This document shows, one piece after another, positions 62,101 through 64,000 of a stretch of 64,000 nucleotides of DNA (position 1 is the stretch's first letter; each line of letters begins with the position of its first letter). Origin of the DNA: a virus; IMG/VR virus record IMGVR_UViG_3300040959_000769, positions 1 to 64,000 of that record. One strand, 5' to 3'. The notes beneath the pieces were generated by a model, which saw only the letters and a program-made list of their open reading frames with translations, did not search any database and was not told the origin of the DNA. The translations under genes and the position numbers were made by a program.

Positions 62101-64000
62101 AAGTCAACCGGAAGGGAGTCAAGCAAGTCGGTGCCATAGTCAGCGTTTGAGATCTGACCCTGCATTGTCTTGCCCTTGGCTTCTTGCTTTTCTTTCTGCG
62201 TGTCATATTTGAAGTCAGGAGCAGAAGCCTTCAAGTGAGAGAGAATGTGGCCAGCCGCGTCACCTGGTGAATCAGGATTTATCGTCTTCGGCTTGTCAGG
62301 CGCATCAGTGTTCTCAGAGTCAGCAAGCGACTCTATGGCGCTGATACGAGATACTTTGACCCACTTCTCCAACGCCTTTTTGTGCTTGTGAACAGCGAGA
62401 GCATGGTTGAACTCTTCTTCACTTCCGAAATGAGCGTTCAGCGCCTCATAGTTCGGCTCATCAGCAACAGCAACAATTTCAAACGGTGCCGACAAGCCAG
62501 CAATTCGTGCTTCTAAGTAATCGTAGTAAGCGTTGACGTCATCTTCCGTCTTGAGGTCGTTGAACTCTGCGTCTGAAATCAGTTTTGATTTAGCGGAGGC
62601 AATAGTTGCTTTGGTCGGAGTGAAGTTATCAATCGAGTCCTTGATCGCAGACTCCATGTTGTCAACTTCAGGGAGACCGTCGGTTAGATCATCTGGAAGA
62701 TCAGCATCCGGCATCAAATCTGGAGTTGTCAGGCTGTCATCTTCGTTTTTCTTCTTCAACTCAGCGTTAATTGCGTAAGACCGAGTGAGAGCATGTTTAG
62801 TTTTCTCAATCTCGGCCATAGCCAGATACTTCAACTCAAGATCGTTAGGGCTTAACTCTCCAGAACCCATCTTTTGCAGGTTCGCCGCATTTATCCCGTC
62901 ATACGCCTTGCCGAGCTCGCCTAACTTGTCAAGAATTGCTTTCTCGTCAACAGTTCCATCTTCTTTACCGAACCTCGCAACGATGCTTCCGTCTTTTTCA
63001 CCCGCCGAGTGAGCGTTCGCATCTTTAATCTTTGCATCAACAAATAGTTGGTCAAGTTTCTTCTGATACGCAGAACGATCCGCAAACGTGTCAAAAGGAG
63101 TGGTGTCACCTTCATAGGTGTCAAAGTCTGCACGGAACGGGTTGAACTCTGCGCTGTCGCCGTCATCACTGTCTGACGGGAACAACGTGCCAGCCGCCGA
63201 CTTCTTCTTCAGGGCTTCCACGACCTCAGCCAACTTCTGGACTTCAGCATGCTTAGCGAGAGCCGACTGAATGTCGTCCTCCGTAGCAGTTCCCTCAGAC
63301 ACCTTCACGTGCATCTCAGCCAATCCTGCGTTGACTTCAAATTTCTTTGAACTCAAGTCGTCATCAAGTGCAGCAATGTATGCGTCTGGGTCAGCCTTCA
63401 ATTCGTCAACGTCGTCAACATTTGACAGAAGTTTCTCGTTGTCTAACTCAAAAGAAGCACCTAGTTGAGCAGCCTCTGTGAAATTTTTCTGCTGAGTGAG
63501 TTGAACGTTGGTCTTGTCTGCATCAATCTTGGCTTGCAAAGCAGCCACTTGGGCTTCTTGTGCCTTAACGCTCGCCTCATATACTTCGTTATCTTGATCC
63601 ACCGCTGTCTGGTAGTAGCGAACTTTATTCTCTGCTCGGATCAACTTGATGACATCGTTTTCAGTGACCGTCTCACCATTCGTTATCTTCTTTGACAACT
63701 CCCCACGAAGTTCAGACAAATTCTCCTGTTCAGACTCCAAATTCAAAACGTGCAACTCAGGAGCTTGAGCATTCAGTTTCGCTGCTGCATCAATTTCGTC
63801 ATTGCTCTTATAGAGAATGTCATTTTTATTCTTCTTATCTTCAGGCAAGTTCTCAATAGTTGAACGCAACCCCTGCTTATACGACATGACATACTTGCCA
63901 GGGTTTTCACCAAGGTTCAAAACCTTGTCAGGCTCCACGTCTTTACCTGGCACTGAAAGTTGCTTAGGCGCATCCGGAGGTTTTGGTGCTTCAGGCGCAT
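59154..64000 (-). CDS. Giant polyvalent protein (>1600 aa, 5'-truncated): acidic coiled coil, HipA/PI3K-like kinase, C-terminal ART-like domain
   Basis: KYIIKTE..HIQEALGAHLANELG; LDRTMNYFDRTPGN; PIDHGNAF; YHDV..ILATGSLGSTTTR..ADYVFL; frame open to the window end. Confidence 0.8.
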   Translation of the reverse strand, partial: APEAPKPPDAPKQLSVPGKDVEPDKVLNLGENPGKYVMSYKQGLRSTIENLPEDKKNKNDILYKSNDEIDAAAKLNAQAPELHVLNLESEQENLSELRGELSKKITNGETVTENDVIKLIRAENKVRYYQTAVDQDNEVYEASVKAQEAQVAALQAKIDADKTNVQLTQQKNFTEAAQLGASFELDNEKLLSNVDDVDELKADPDAYIAALDDDLSSKKFEVNAGLAEMHVKVSEGTATEDDIQSALAKHAEVQKLAEVVEALKKKSAAGTLFPSDSDDGDSAEFNPFRADFDTYEGDTTPFDTFADRSAYQKKLDQLFVDAKIKDANAHSAGEKDGSIVARFGKEDGTVDEKAILDKLGELGKAYDGINAANLQKMGSGELSPNDLELKYLAMAEIEKTKHALTRSYAINAELKKKNEDDSLTTPDLMPDADLPDDLTDGLPEVDNMESAIKDSIDNFTPTKATIASAKSKLISDAEFNDLKTEDDVNAYYDYLEARIAGLSAPFEIVAVADEPNYEALNAHFGSEEEFNHALAVHKHKKALEKWVKVSRISAIESLADSENTDAPDKPKTINPDSPGDAAGHILSHLKASAPDFKYDTQKEKQEAKGKTMQGQISNADYGTDLLDSLPVDFYDLSAQEQIDVLQNLTGKNNPNSALGEIYKTYILRANGDKESLQILQTGIDNPSDQNLVTQILQATGTNSLQDAIDVAASDLDAATDKLGAANDEILKLRAMRDVSTARNKYIAALSARMSDPSLPDSEKKLVYQELKKYADFVPEDKRLAFKQGMLNIKDVQSKPSDKNTGSGMLSTPDFDPVLLGSTSDTGDAVAQTIPVGNAGLFDVEDAATHVSTGGALSQVPDDFLKDSIVANLGENKRFQPFAITQGFNPDNFAVVDSVTGKKYIIKTEDRNHMGHIQEALGAHLANELGFPTAGIRFGSAVKDTNLPGPQQSAEGVTQGRGRTMVIEHLENQFPNNEVKSLHQIPADAQLTGESIARMMVLDRTMNYFDRTPGNMFVVKGSDGKWNLHPIDHGNAFRDWGGSGAEQGAGFTKVTKGDNVDLMGLVAKLSPEEKEKWANALNKASRKVAKLDMDSALKAKLTSGNVVGNEDVQRLDKHIAYLKTKQSNLDWDAMTTSALAKAGYSQEEISDILTGGPAVKKFAVNQGDSPAATAVEKMKAKSGTRNFGHVMLWDGEDIEGFAVRAQDIKTTGMPDADGNVGGSGKIATMLNLKLRGDAHAKMQSELENPEANGWTYLVQGKATARYSTQLGAKAGESKSFNFNNPKTSPGDEDVMTYRKVMPDGTVILATKTSNTKSSYHATYSVILPGKSDDVLNDANVTSALSNLGVKNHGNPTPEDVRNYGVMTAGRAVLGASNLTGNEDIDDMLDALTKAGIDPEGISMRPTTTGELKVMFSPEDAKKLKEKYKLGPLYHDVMYKSDSSVDEKFLSILATGSLGSTTTRFNGGIGKAGGSSAADAKNKGSADYVFLGTTSETSAGSYSNGKVYTPPELMMAYADMYTQQNDAWGELNARWGHDKAFQATAGGNQMMVRDSVPASSSIYVTSTASSVIQNLQAIGITEIDGVPVSDIVVTPAEADAAYQKLLSRLKAEGIIA

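Noticed and set aside
1..64000. Integrase, repressor cassette, reverse transcriptase/DGR, retron, transposase, introns or inteins in nrdJ, thyX, helicase or capsid
   Set aside because: No YADD/RT motifs, tyrosine or serine recombinase, or DDE motifs were seen; these genes have normal lengths with no Cys/Ser...His-Asn intein insertions

Overview
This window is a 64-kb segment of a large tailed dsDNA phage. The host is almost certainly an actinobacterium, probably Acidimicrobiia-like: there are two WhiB genes, an actinobacterial SSB, leaderless TTGACA/TAGAAT promoters and Thr-rich surface proteins. No integrase, reverse transcriptase, CRISPR array or rRNA was seen. Layout: (1) 1-13 kb: end of a tail-fibre gene, class II RNR, WhiB, ThyX, primase-helicase, a TerS-like gene and a 1344-aa multi-effector protein; (2) 14.6-18 kb: tRNA-Lys, 2OG oxygenase and C5 methyltransferase in an extremely A/C-skewed island; (3) 18.2-43.6 kb: an early/accessory region of small genes behind repeated sigma70-type promoters, including SSB, DUF932-like, SLT-like, HARP-SNF2, MoxR/vWA and initiator/helicase-loader-like genes; (4) 43.8-64 kb, minus strand: second WhiB, metallophosphoesterase, lysis and surface-protein genes, HK97-fold major capsid and a second giant kinase+ART protein that runs off the window. 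Least explained signals: two sharp A/C-to-G/T strand-skew switches (about 17.97 and 43.6 kb), one inside a gene where 72 consecutive codons end in G/T, which bracket the early region; a dispersed ~25-nt repeat read in different frames; a ~120-nt multibranch hairpin at 37.0 kb; two polyvalent toxin-domain proteins; and a phage-encoded LPxTG sortase substrate. All family names come from motif recognition by eye, not from database searches.
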